Below, piece by piece: positions 27,385-36,369 of a stretch of 64,000 nucleotides of DNA (its first letter is position 1; every line of letters begins with the position of its first letter). Both the position numbers and the translations under genes were made by a program. The notes beneath the pieces were generated by a model that saw nothing but the letters and a program-made list of their open reading frames with translations, searched no databases and was not told where the DNA came from. Source of the DNA: Acidobacteriota bacterium (GTDB taxonomy: Bacteria > Actinomycetota > AC-67); NCBI GenBank assembly GCA_016208485.1, contig JACQXY010000049.1:2800-66799 (forward strand), written 5' to 3'.

Positions 27385-28557
27385 TCAGGCGGGGAACCGG
27401 TAGGTCCGGGTCTCCGACGCGGCGACGGAGTCCGCCACGAGACGTGTCAGATCGAGGGATTCCTCAGCCGCCCTGGCCTGAGCGACCGAGGCCTTCGTCG
27501 CGGGGCGGCGCGGCTCGAAGAGCACGCACGCCTCCTGGCATGGGGCACTCGACACCTCGAACGTCCCGAGCGCCTGGGCCTCGGCGATGATCTCAGCCTT
27601 GTCGCGCCCGAGATTCGGCCGATGCACGGGCAGCGAGGCGGCGTCCTCGACCACCCACAGGTTCTCCAGGGTCTGCGACGCCACCTGCCCGAGGGAGTCC
27701 CCGGTGACGAGGGCCTTCGCGCCCTCGCGCCCAGCGATCTCGCTCGCGATGCGCACCATCATGCGCCGGTACAGCAGCGTCCGCAGAGACTCCGGGCACG
27801 CGGCCACGATTCGCTGCTGCGCCGGCGCGAGCGGGACGAGGAAGAGACGGACGTCGTGCTGAAATCGGGCGAGCATCCCGGCGATCTCCCCGGCCCGGCG
27901 GACGCTCGAGGCGTCGGTGAACGGCTGGGAGTGGAAGTGGACGAACACGCAGCGAGCCCCGCGGCGCATCATGCGCGCTGCGGCGACGGGCGAGTCGATC
28001 CCGGCCGACAGGAGCGCGACGACGGTCCCAGACACCCCAACCGGCAGACCACCGGCTCCCGGCGTGCGGCCGGCATACACGAACACGAGATCGCCGACGA
28101 TCTCGACGTGGCAGGTGAGGTCGGGCGCCGACAGGTTCACGCGCTTGCCGGAGCGCTCGAGAAGGACGGTGCCGAGCTTCTCGTTTATCTCGCGCGCGGA
28201 GAAGGGGAACGGGCTCTGCGTGCGCCGGGCGCGCACGGCGAACGTCTCGAACGACCGTTCGCGGACGAGTTCCCAGGCGACCTCGTAGACCGACTCCAGG
28301 TCGAGCGTCCCTCCGGAGGCGATCGAGAAGTTCGCCGCGCCGTAGACATCGCGCAGGCGCGCCTCGACGGCCGCGCGATCGGCGCCCTCCGGAAGCTCGA
28401 TGATGATCCGCCCCGGCAGCCGGCGCGGGCGCGCCAGTCCGAGATCCCCGGTCGCGCGCGCGAGATTTCGGACCAGGGCCTGCTCGAAGAAGGAGCGGTT
28501 GCGGCCCTTCAGCCCGATCTCGTGGTAGTGGACGACCGCAAACCCCCGGACCCGCAC
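27385..28557 (-). CDS. thiI: tRNA 4-thiouridine(8) synthase
   Basis: THUMP region plus PP-loop (LLSAGIDSPVAA, an SGGxDS-type motif). ...KALVTGDSLGQVASQT... is present. No rhodanese domain, typical of the short ThiI form. Confidence 0.9.
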   Translation of the reverse strand: MRVRGFAVVHYHEIGLKGRNRSFFEQALVRNLARATGDLGLARPRRLPGRIIIELPEGADRAAVEARLRDVYGAANFSIASGGTLDLESVYEVAWELVRERSFETFAVRARRTQSPFPFSAREINEKLGTVLLERSGKRVNLSAPDLTCHVEIVGDLVFVYAGRTPGAGGLPVGVSGTVVALLSAGIDSPVAAARMMRRGARCVFVHFHSQPFTDASSVRRAGEIAGMLARFQHDVRLFLVPLAPAQQRIVAACPESLRTLLYRRMMVRIASEIAGREGAKALVTGDSLGQVASQTLENLWVVEDAASLPVHRPNLGRDKAEIIAEAQALGTFEVSSAPCQEACVLFEPRRPATKASVAQARAAEESLDLTRLVADSVAASETRTYRFPA

Positions 28558-28579
28558 GCTCCAATCCTATTGCTGCGCC

Positions 28580-29761
28580 TCAGACGGCGCAGGATCCGGT
28601 CGCGACCGGTTGGGTGCGGCGGCGCGCGCGAGAGAAAGCTCGCTCCAGCTCGGTCTCGGCGAGCGCGTAGGACTCGCTCGAGTTGTCGGCCGCCGCCGCG
28701 AAGACCATCCCCCGAACGCGCCCGGCGGCATCCACGAACGGTCCGCCGGAGTTCCCCTGCCGGACCTTCGCTCGGAGCACGTATATCTCGCGCTGGACGA
28801 GCTTGCGGGAGTAGATGTCGCGGCCGAGGGCGTCGGTGCGCGCGCGCACCCTGGCAGGGGAGATCTTGCGCGGGCCCCCGCCCGGGTAGCCGATCGCGGC
28901 CCCGTCCGTCCCGCGCGCGGCGTGGTCCGGATCGATCCGGAGCGCACCGCCGGGCAGCCGCGCCAGTCGCAGGAGCGCGATGTCCTTCGAAGTGTCCACG
29001 TACACCACGGTCGCCGGGTAGCGGGTCCCGTCGGGCTCGATCACGCGGCTGTCGCGCGTCCCGGCCACCACATGCGCCGCCGTGAAAACCAGCCGGTCCC
29101 CGACCGGGAAGCCGCTCCCGTCGACGAGCCCTCCGCACCCCCGGCTCTCGATCTTGTAGGTGAGTCCGGCCGCGGCCATGATCTCGGGGTCGCCGGCGAG
29201 CGACGCCGGCGCCGGCTCCACGCCGGGCGCGAGCGACGGGTTGAGCTGGGCGAAGACCTCCGGGAAACCCGACCGGCTGAGAAACCGGCCGATCTCGGCG
29301 AAGAACGCCGGCGGGTGGGGGGCGACGTGATCGGTCCAGCGAAGGATCGCCGATCCCCGGATCGCGGCGGCCAGCTGCGGCGAGGGGCCGGCCTTGAAGG
29401 TGATCCCGAGGAACCACGCGGACACCAGCGCGAGGAACCCGGCGATGAGCGAGCCGGCGACCATGTCGATGTCGTGCGCGAGGCGCGCGGTGATCTTGGT
29501 TCGGATCCGATGTCCGAGGATCGCAGTCAGTGTCTCCACGAGGAACGCGACGCCGAGGAACACTCCGATCGCGATCCCGGAGCGCATGAGCGGGGACCTC
29601 GGGTTGGCGGCCTCGACGACCCGTGGGGCGATCGACCCGCCGGCGAAGAGCCCGATGACGAAGCCGCCCCATGAGAACGCCTGCATAAGAGCGCCCCGCC
29701 GGTAGCCGCTCGCCAGCCCGGCGACAATGGCCGCCACCACGACCAGATCCACCCAGTTCAC
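28580..29761 (-). CDS. MarP-like membrane serine protease (CvpA-family TM domain fused to a trypsin-like S1 protease)
   Basis: Four N-terminal TM helices. The protease domain has TAAHVV (His), DIALL (Asp) and GNSGGP (Ser). The architecture matches mycobacterial MarP. Confidence 0.8.
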   Translation of the reverse strand: MNWVDLVVVAAIVAGLASGYRRGALMQAFSWGGFVIGLFAGGSIAPRVVEAANPRSPLMRSGIAIGVFLGVAFLVETLTAILGHRIRTKITARLAHDIDMVAGSLIAGFLALVSAWFLGITFKAGPSPQLAAAIRGSAILRWTDHVAPHPPAFFAEIGRFLSRSGFPEVFAQLNPSLAPGVEPAPASLAGDPEIMAAAGLTYKIESRGCGGLVDGSGFPVGDRLVFTAAHVVAGTRDSRVIEPDGTRYPATVVYVDTSKDIALLRLARLPGGALRIDPDHAARGTDGAAIGYPGGGPRKISPARVRARTDALGRDIYSRKLVQREIYVLRAKVRQGNSGGPFVDAAGRVRGMVFAAAADNSSESYALAETELERAFSRARRRTQPVATGSCAV

Positions 29762-29769
29762 GGGCGCCG

Positions 29770-30342
29770 TCCCTCCATCTCAGGCGGAGTGTATCGCCGG
29801 GGCGCCGGGGCGCGCGTCAGGCCGTCGGCTCGGGACGGTCGGGTTGGGCCTCGGGGTGGTGGGAGCGCTTCGGCACCATCACCTTGCGACGAAAGTACAG
29901 GACCTCCTCTGCCGAGAGCGAGCGAGTACACGAGGTTTCCGACGCCCACGTTGCGCTTGAACTGGATCTGCGTCTCCGCGTAGCGCGCGTTCGTGTGGAG
30001 CGGATGATGGTTCACGGTGATCATGCAGAACAGGTGGTCGTCGGCCTCGGTGATCGTCTTGCCGACGGCACGGCGCCCCGTGCGCCAGCTCCACGATGCA
30101 GAGGGCGTAGGTGGTGAGCGGCATGCCGAGCCCGCCGTAGCTCTCCGGGACCATCATCCCGAACAGGCCCATCCCCCCATCCCGGCGACGATCCGCTCGG
30201 GATACTCGCCGGCGTGCTCCATCTCGTTCGCGACCGGGATCACCTCCCGGTCAACGAACTCGCGGACGGCCTCGACGATGGCCTTCTGCTCCTCGGTCAG
30301 CTCGATCAGCGACACCGGTCCCCCTTCCGGTCGCCCCGCCAA
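29770..30342 (-). pseudogene. Mosaic remnant: an acyl-CoA dehydrogenase N-terminal fragment in two frames, joined to a MaoC-like (hotdog) dehydratase fragment
   Basis: Acyl-CoA dehydrogenase part: MAGRPEGGPVSLIELTEEQKAIVEAVREFVDREVIPVANEMEHAGEYPERIV, then a frameshift at a C7 run near 30170-30180, then GLFGMMVPESYGGLGMPLTTYALCIVELA, then degenerate. A third frame reads GKTITEADDHLFCMITVNHHPLHTNARYAETQIQFKRNVGVGNLVYSLALG (MaoC motif), then degenerates. Confidence 0.6.
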
Positions 30343-30343
30343 C

Positions 30344-30766
30344 TCACCTCGACGGCCGCACGTCGAAGCCCAGCGCGCGGAAGTCGGCGTCGAAGCCGAA
30401 GACCTGCCTCACCTTCGCCCTGCGGGCAACCACGGCGCTCGTCGCGTCCGTCAGGCTCAGACGCAGATCGGCGTACCGCTTCATGAGTTCCCAGCCCTCT
30501 TGCTCGAGCCGCGGGTCGATCCAGGTGACCCGAAGCCACCGGCCCGCAACCGCATCGGTCAGGCGCTCTCGAAAGGCCACCGCCGTGCGAAGTCCGGCAT
30601 CGTACCGGAGTCGCGCCGTCGCCTCCGCCACGACATAGTTGGTCGTGAGGAGCCGGGTGCCGTCGGCAAGGCACGATCGCAGGAAGTCGGTGGCCCGCCC
30701 GTGCGCCCCCTCTGAGCGGTTGACGACCGCGATCCAGGCGCCCGTGTCCACGAACGTCGACGTCAC
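30344..30766 (-). CDS. vapC: PIN-domain toxin (VapC)
   Basis: The GTG start overlaps the antitoxin stop (GTGA). The translation is IVTSTFVDTGAWIAVVNRSE...LLTTNYVVAEATARLR...RLSLTDATSAVVARRAKVRQVFGFDADF. Confidence 0.75.
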   Translation of the reverse strand: MTSTFVDTGAWIAVVNRSEGAHGRATDFLRSCLADGTRLLTTNYVVAEATARLRYDAGLRTAVAFRERLTDAVAGRWLRVTWIDPRLEQEGWELMKRYADLRLSLTDATSAVVARRAKVRQVFGFDADFRALGFDVRPSR

Positions 30767-31005
30767 GATCGCTTCGGAGCGCCGTAGAGGTAGTGGTCGT
30801 GCTCCTCGGCCGTGTCTCCCGGACCGCCTTCCCCGATCCCGATCAGACCGAGAAGTGGGTTCTCCGGAGATCGGCGGCCCTTGCTCTCGAGGTACGCGCC
30901 GACCGCTTCCCGGACCAAGGAGGCCGCCGATCGTCCTTGCTCCCGGGCAGCCTCCCGGAGACGCCGGTCGAGGCCCTCCTCGAGATAGACCTGAGTGCGC
31001 TTCAC
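30763..31005 (-). CDS. vapB: Ribbon-helix-helix (CopG-like) antitoxin
   Basis: MKRTQVYLEEGLDRRLREAAREQGRSAASLVREAVGAYL is an RHH fold motif. It is 80 aa and sits immediately upstream of and coupled to the PIN gene. Confidence 0.7.
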   Translation of the reverse strand: MKRTQVYLEEGLDRRLREAAREQGRSAASLVREAVGAYLESKGRRSPENPLLGLIGIGEGGPGDTAEEHDHYLYGAPKRS

Positions 31006-31086
31006 GGAATGGAGTATACACCACTACCGTTCCGATGTATACATCGTCCCACGCCTGCGCCGCCCTCTGCGAGCCGCGGAACCGCT

Positions 31087-31880
31087 CTACCCCGCCAGGT
31101 AGTCGTCCACCGTCTTCGCGCGCGCGAGCCCGGCCGCGCGGCCGCGCGCGGCGAGCACCTCTGCCATCTTGCGGGACGCCTCGTCGATCATCTCGCTCCC
31201 GAACATGACCGCCCCGCGGCGCTCGATCTCGCTCGCGTGCCGGTAGTGCTCGAGGAGCGCCTCGGCCTTGTCGAACTCCTCCTGGCTCGGAGTGAACACC
31301 TCGTTCAGGACCTGGACCTGGTCCGGGTGCAGCGCCCACTTGCCGTCGAAGCCGAGCGCGCGAGCGCGTCTCGCCCCGGTCCGGAACCCGTCCAGGTCCC
31401 GGATCAACAGGTAGGGACCGTCGATGGACTGGAGGCCGCGGGCGCGCGCGGCGATGTTGATGTGGCTGAGCACGTCGTGGAAGTGGTCGAGGCTCTCGTA
31501 GCCGGGCACCGGCGGTCACCGTCGGCAATCCGAGCGAGGCGCTCATGTCGGCCGGCCCGAAGATCAGGTCCTCCATCCGGTCGCTCGCGCCGGCGATCTC
31601 GACGATCTCGATCACGTCCCGGTACGCCCACTTGGTGTAGACGCCGTTGATGCGCACGACCTTGGCCGGCGCGCGGCAGGAGTTCTCCTTCAGCGCCTGG
31701 ACGATGTTCGCGCGCGCCGCGGGGGTATGCTCCTTACCCGAGGCGCTGTTCCCTTCGATCCGCCGGCGCGCCCCGATTGGAACGACACCGTTGCCGAGAG
31801 CGCCGTCCGAGAACCGCGCGGCCCGTGATGCGGCCGAGACGTCGCACGCTCCCCGGATCGGGCTGCGATGGCTCGGCCTC
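31087..31880 (-). pseudogene. Degenerate citE-like gene (HpcH/HpaI aldolase or citryl-CoA lyase beta family)
   Basis: The C-terminal half is intact (...YESLDHFHDVLSHINIAARARGLQSIDGPYL...LGFDGKWALHPDQVQVLNEVFTPS...). A +1 frameshift lies in a GCCC run near 31485. The N-terminal half has ...VVRINGVYTKWAYRDVIEIVEIAG..DRMEDLIFGPADMSASLG but lacks about 50 aa (the LPKAES region). The metal-site region is degenerate (RRIEGNSA where DLEDxV is expected). Confidence 0.55.
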
Positions 31881-33290
31881 GCCCTCTGGGTCCTTCTTCT
31901 CATCGGCATCGACGTCGTCTCGCAGACCCGCGCGTTGCGACAGCGCGAGGTCGCCTACCTCATCGCCACCGCACTGGCGAGCCTCGCCGTCGTCTCGCTG
32001 ATCGCCTTCGCCCGACTCGCCGGCTCCCCGAGGGAACTGAGGAAGCTGCGAGTTCTCGCGGTCCTGCTCCCGAGCGCCTTCGTGCTGCTCGTCCAGCTCA
32101 TCCTGTACTTCCTCGAGGTCGACGACAGGATCACCGAGGTGGGCGAGCACGTCATCGGGGGCGCCATCCTCTCCGTCGGCGCCGTCCCGTTCTCCGTGTA
32201 CGTCTTCCGCGCGTTCACCAGGCTCCGCGACGAGCTGGCGCGCCGGGCTCAGCACCTGGAGACGCTTCACGAGACCTCGATGGCCATGACGAGAGCGCCG
32301 GCGCTGCTGTACGAGCGGATCGCCGACGGCGCGCGCGGGGTCGTGCGCGCCGACTGGGGGGTCGTGTCCCTGGAGCCCACCGGGCGCGGGAGGATCCTCG
32401 CCACGGCTCCGCGCGCAGGGGGTCTCCCTTCGTGGGAAGCGGGCCTCGTGGACGAGGCGGGAAAGGCCGGACGCCCGATCCGCCGATCGCATGGAGAGCG
32501 CTCGTTCCTGGGGACACCCATCCGACTCGGGGAGGGGGTTCTCGGCGTGATGGCGGCCATTCGGGACTCGGGTCCGGGGTTCGTCGTGGAGGACGAGCTG
32601 CTCCTCGGCATGTTCAGCGTCGCCGCCTCCGCCGGGATCGAGAACGCACAGCGCCTGGAGGACACCCACCTGCTCGCGACCGTGGAAGAGCGGGAGCGGG
32701 TCGCCCGGGAGCTGCACGACGACCTCGGACAGCTCCTCGCGTTCCTGACGGCGAAGATCCAGGCCATCGAGGAGCTGATCGCGACCGGTCAGGTGGCCGG
32801 CGCGCGCCGGGAGCTCGCCGGCCTGGAGAACGCGAGCCGCGCGCTCGGCGAGCAGGTCCGCGAGGCGATCCTCGGCCTTCGCGCACGCATCGGTCCGGGC
32901 TCCCCGCTCGGCCCGGCGCTCGAGGAGTACGTCTCGGAGTTCGGGATCCAGGCCGGCCTGTCCACGTCTTTCGAGTCGACCCCGGACGCCGGCCGGAGCC
33001 TTCCCGGCGCCGCCCAGTACCAGCTCATGCGCATCGCACAGGAAGCGCTCACGAACGTGCGCCGCCACGCCCGCGCTCATCGCGTGGCGGTCCGGCTCGC
33101 CGAGTCCGGCGGCCGCGTTGAGCTGTCGGTAACCGACGACGGCGTTGGGTTCGACCCTTCCTCCGCGTCGCGGGGCTTCGGGCTGAAGACCATGGAGGAG
33201 CGAACCGAATCCCTGAACGGGAGCTTCGAGATCCGGTCCTCGCCGGGCGCGGGGACCTGCGTTCTGGTCCGGGCGCCCGTGGCAAGGTAG
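31647..33290 (+). CDS. Sensor histidine kinase (4 TM, GAF, HisKA_3, HATPase_c; NarX/DesK-like). The N-terminus is uncertain
   Basis: TM helices LRWLGLALWVLLLIGIDVV and others. A GAF-like region. HisKA_3 motif ERERVARELHDDLGQ. HATPase motifs N-box ...EALTNVRRHA..., DDGVGF and GFGL. The first ~75 codons overlap the citE remnant in antisense, so the true start may be later. Confidence 0.75.
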   Translation: MMRTTLAGARQEFSFSAWTMFARAAGVCSLPEALFPSIRRRAPIGTTPLPRAPSENRAARDAAETSHAPRIGLRWLGLALWVLLLIGIDVVSQTRALRQREVAYLIATALASLAVVSLIAFARLAGSPRELRKLRVLAVLLPSAFVLLVQLILYFLEVDDRITEVGEHVIGGAILSVGAVPFSVYVFRAFTRLRDELARRAQHLETLHETSMAMTRAPALLYERIADGARGVVRADWGVVSLEPTGRGRILATAPRAGGLPSWEAGLVDEAGKAGRPIRRSHGERSFLGTPIRLGEGVLGVMAAIRDSGPGFVVEDELLLGMFSVAASAGIENAQRLEDTHLLATVEERERVARELHDDLGQLLAFLTAKIQAIEELIATGQVAGARRELAGLENASRALGEQVREAILGLRARIGPGSPLGPALEEYVSEFGIQAGLSTSFESTPDAGRSLPGAAQYQLMRIAQEALTNVRRHARAHRVAVRLAESGGRVELSVTDDGVGFDPSSASRGFGLKTMEERTESLNGSFEIRSSPGAGTCVLVRAPVAR

Positions 33291-33295
33291 GCGCG

Positions 33296-33946
33296 ATGCG
33301 CGTGATCCTCGCCGACGACCACCCTCTGTTCCTTGAGGGACTCGTGAGCCTGCTCGAGGCGCGCGGCATCGAGGTGGTCGGCCGCGCGTCCGATGGCGCG
33401 GAGGCGGTGGAACTGACCCGCCGGCTGCGACCGGACGTCGTGCTCATGGACCTCGGGATGCCCGGGGTCGGCGGGCTCGAGGCGACCAGGCTGATCAGCG
33501 CGGAGATGCCCGACGTCAAGGTGGTCATCCTGACCGTCTCTCAGGCGGACGCCGACCTGTTCGAGGCCATTCGCAGCGGCGCGCACGGCTACCTCGTCAA
33601 GAACACGTCCTCCACGGATTTCTTCGACCTCCTCGACGCACTGGACCGGGGGGAAGCACCTCTGTCGCGCGGCCTCGCGACGAAGATCATTCGCCATCTG
33701 GCAAGCGGCAGCGCGACGGAGGCGACCCAGCTCACTCCGCGGGAGGGGGAGATCCTCCGACTCGTGGCGGAGGGAAAGACCAACCGTGAGGTCGCCGCCG
33801 ACCGGTCCATCTCGGAGGAGACCGTCAAGTTCCACATGACGAACATCCTCCGCAAGCTGCACCTGGAGAACCGCGCGCAGGTGGTCGCCTACGCGCACCG
33901 GCGCGGGCTCGCGGCGCCCGAAGCAGATCCTCCCCAGCACCCGTAG
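33296..33946 (+). CDS. NarL/LuxR-family response regulator
   Basis: Receiver domain MRVILADDHPLFLEGL...VLMDLGMPGVGG.... C-terminal LuxR HTH LTPREGEILRLVAEGKTNREVAADRSISEETVKFHMTNILRKL. Confidence 0.9.
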   Translation: MRVILADDHPLFLEGLVSLLEARGIEVVGRASDGAEAVELTRRLRPDVVLMDLGMPGVGGLEATRLISAEMPDVKVVILTVSQADADLFEAIRSGAHGYLVKNTSSTDFFDLLDALDRGEAPLSRGLATKIIRHLASGSATEATQLTPREGEILRLVAEGKTNREVAADRSISEETVKFHMTNILRKLHLENRAQVVAYAHRRGLAAPEADPPQHP

Positions 33947-34045
33947 CCTCCCCGAAAGGGGAGGGCCCTTCCCCCCGCTGCCGGTGGCCGGAAACGGCGC
34001 CGACGACCCTGTTTCGCCAGCGCGCGGCTCCCTAGGATCCAGGAC

Positions 34046-34987
34046 GTGGAGATGGATACCGGCGTGGGACCGGATGGCGAGGCGGCCGAGGCCACCGGCG
34101 AATCGCGCGTCCCGAGGCGCGGCTTCCTGAGGTCTCTCGTCGCCTGGGGCGCGGGGATCGCGGCGGTGGGAGTCGGGGTCCCGGAGGCGAACGCGCTGCG
34201 GCAGGGGACGCGGGCGGCGGGGACGGCGGCGGCCGCGACCGGCACGCGGCTGCGCCGCTGGGCGATGGTCATCGATCTCCGCCGCTGCGACGGATGCCAG
34301 GCGATCGACGAGCCGCCGCGGTGCACTCAAGCCTGCATCCAGGGGCACCTCGCGCCGGAGCCCATGCAGTGGATCGAGGTGTACGAGGCCCCGCTGCCGG
34401 GAGGGGGCACCCAGTTCATCCCCTCCCCCTGCATGCAGTGCCAGAACCCGCCGTGCGTGAACGTCTGCCCGGTCGGAGCCACCTTCTCGACCCCGGAAGG
34501 GATCGTCCTCGTCGACCAGATGCGGTGCATCGGGTGCCGGATCTGCATGGAGGCCTGCCCGTACGACCGGCGCTTCTTCAACTGGGGTTCCCCTCCCATC
34601 CCGCGCGAGGCGGCGCTCACCGAGTACTCCGCCGAGCACGAGGTGCCGGCGATACGCGGCACGGTGATGAAGTGCGAGTTCTGCCCCGACCTGGCGCGCG
34701 GGGGACGGCGACCCTACTGCTCTCAGGCCTGCCCGAACGGCTGCATCTACTACGGGGACCTGGAGGAGGATCTCGCTACGAACGGCCGGGAGGTCGTGAG
34801 GCTCTCGCGCTTCCTCTCGAAGAACACGGCCTTTCGCCTGAAGGAGGAGCTGGGCACCGACCCGAGAGTCTTCTACATCCCGGGATACGGGCAGGACGTC
34901 GGGCGCAGCCCGTATCGCCGGGGACTCAAGCGGATCCTCTGGCCGTGGCGGCGCGTCGCGGCGGGAAGCGAGAGGTGGGGGCGATGA
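34046..34987 (+). CDS. Tat-exported 4x[4Fe-4S] ferredoxin-type subunit (PsrB/HybA/ActB-C-terminal-like)
   Basis: Tat signal RRGFLRSLVAWGAGIAAVG. Four Cys clusters: CDGCQAIDEPPRC, CMQCQNPPCVNVCP, CIGCRICMEACP and CEFCPD...CSQACP. Confidence 0.85.
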   Translation: MEMDTGVGPDGEAAEATGESRVPRRGFLRSLVAWGAGIAAVGVGVPEANALRQGTRAAGTAAAATGTRLRRWAMVIDLRRCDGCQAIDEPPRCTQACIQGHLAPEPMQWIEVYEAPLPGGGTQFIPSPCMQCQNPPCVNVCPVGATFSTPEGIVLVDQMRCIGCRICMEACPYDRRFFNWGSPPIPREAALTEYSAEHEVPAIRGTVMKCEFCPDLARGGRRPYCSQACPNGCIYYGDLEEDLATNGREVVRLSRFLSKNTAFRLKEELGTDPRVFYIPGYGQDVGRSPYRRGLKRILWPWRRVAAGSERWGR

Positions 34988-36369
34988 GCGCCCGGCGCGG
35001 CGATCCGCCGGCCGCGTGGCGCGCGCGCCTGGAGCGGCGCGTCCTCGCCCCGCTCGCCCGCACCGGGTGGCGCTACCGCCTCTGGATCCTCTTCCTCGTC
35101 GCCGTCGTCGCCTGGGCCGTCTTCGCCTACTCCCGCCAGCTCGGGCGGGGCCTGATCGTGACCGGGATGCGAGACCGCATCTCCTGGGGCCTCTACATCG
35201 CGAGCTTCGTCTTCTTCATCGGCATCAGCCACGCGGGGACCCTCCTGTCGGCGATCCTGAGGGTGAGCCGAGCTACGTGGCAGATGTCGATAACACGCAT
35301 GGCGGAGTTCATCACCGTCGTCGCGCTCCTCGTCGCCGGCCTCTTCCCCTTCATCGACCTCGGGCGCCCCGACCGGGTCTTCAACCTCGTTCGCTTCGGG
35401 CGGTGGCAGTCACCGCTCCTCTGGGACATCTTCGCGATCACCACGTACCTCACCGGGAGCCTCATCTACCTGCTCATCCCGCTGGTGCCCGACTTCGCGC
35501 TCTGCCGCGACCGGCTGGGGCAGGAGGCGCCGCGCTGGAAGAGGCGGTTCTTCCGGGCGGCGGCCGTCGGCTGGGAAGGAAGCCCCGGGCAGCAGTGGCG
35601 CCTCCACCGCGCGATGAAGATCATGGCCGTCCTCATCATCCCCATCGCGGTGTCGGTTCACACGGTCGTGTCCTGGATCTTCGCGATGACGCTGCGGGTG
35701 CCCTTCAACAGCACGGTGTTCGGCGCCTACTTCGTCGCCGGCGCCATCTACTCGGGGATCGCCGCCATCATTCTGCTCATGGCCGTGCTGCGTCGCGTCC
35801 TCCACCTCGAGGAGTACATCACCCGCACGCAGTTCGTGAACCTCGGCTACCTGCTCGCGGCGCTCTCGGGGGTGATGATGTACTTCAACCTCTCGGAGTA
35901 CGTCACGAGCGGCTACAAGATGGAGGCGGGCGTCGCCTTCCAGTTCCGCCAGCTCATGACGGGCTCGTTCGCGCCCCTCTTCTGGCTCTACGCCTTCGGC
36001 GGCCTCCTCGCGCCGGCCCTGGTGATCCTGTTCCGGCGGACCCGGACCATCCCGGGGATCATCACCGCCTCGGTCCTGGTCGTGGTGACCATGTGGATCG
36101 AGCGCTACTTCCTCGTGGTCAGCGGCTTCCGGGTCCCGCTCATGCCCTACGCCCCGGCGAGCTACGCCCCAACCTGGATCGAGTGGTCGGTCCTTGCCGG
36201 AGCCTTCGCGCTCTTCGCGCTCATCGTGTCGGTCGTCGTCAAGCTCCTGCCGGTGGTCTCGGTGTGGGAGGTGACCGAGCAGGAGGAGTGGGAACGGCCG
36301 GCGGAGGTCGTCCAGGAGCGAGGCTGGGCACCGGCCGCCGTCAGTCCGTCCTCTGGAGGTGAGCCGTGA
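34984..36369 (+). CDS. NrfD/PsrC-family quinol-interacting integral membrane subunit
   Basis: The ATG overlaps the upstream stop (ATGA). About 10 TM helices. The N-terminal pattern ...WGLYIASFVFFIGISHAGTLLSAI... is typical of the NrfD family. The track ORF 34294-36369 is in the same frame but has a spurious N-terminus inside the FeS gene. Confidence 0.85.
   Translation: MSARRGDPPAAWRARLERRVLAPLARTGWRYRLWILFLVAVVAWAVFAYSRQLGRGLIVTGMRDRISWGLYIASFVFFIGISHAGTLLSAILRVSRATWQMSITRMAEFITVVALLVAGLFPFIDLGRPDRVFNLVRFGRWQSPLLWDIFAITTYLTGSLIYLLIPLVPDFALCRDRLGQEAPRWKRRFFRAAAVGWEGSPGQQWRLHRAMKIMAVLIIPIAVSVHTVVSWIFAMTLRVPFNSTVFGAYFVAGAIYSGIAAIILLMAVLRRVLHLEEYITRTQFVNLGYLLAALSGVMMYFNLSEYVTSGYKMEAGVAFQFRQLMTGSFAPLFWLYAFGGLLAPALVILFRRTRTIPGIITASVLVVVTMWIERYFLVVSGFRVPLMPYAPASYAPTWIEWSVLAGAFALFALIVSVVVKLLPVVSVWEVTEQEEWERPAEVVQERGWAPAAVSPSSGGEP

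Noticed and set aside
30344-31909. 521-aa minus ORF
   Set aside because: It is a composite: the last 141 codons are the real VapC, then it reads antisense through vapB, then into the citE remnant frame. It is not a single gene.
31734-33121. 448-aa minus ORF and 417-aa plus ORF overlapping the histidine kinase
   Set aside because: Off-frame artefacts. The kinase frame has HisKA_3 and HATPase motifs.
33077-34639. 520-aa minus ORF across the response regulator and FeS genes
   Set aside because: Antisense artefact with a low-complexity translation.
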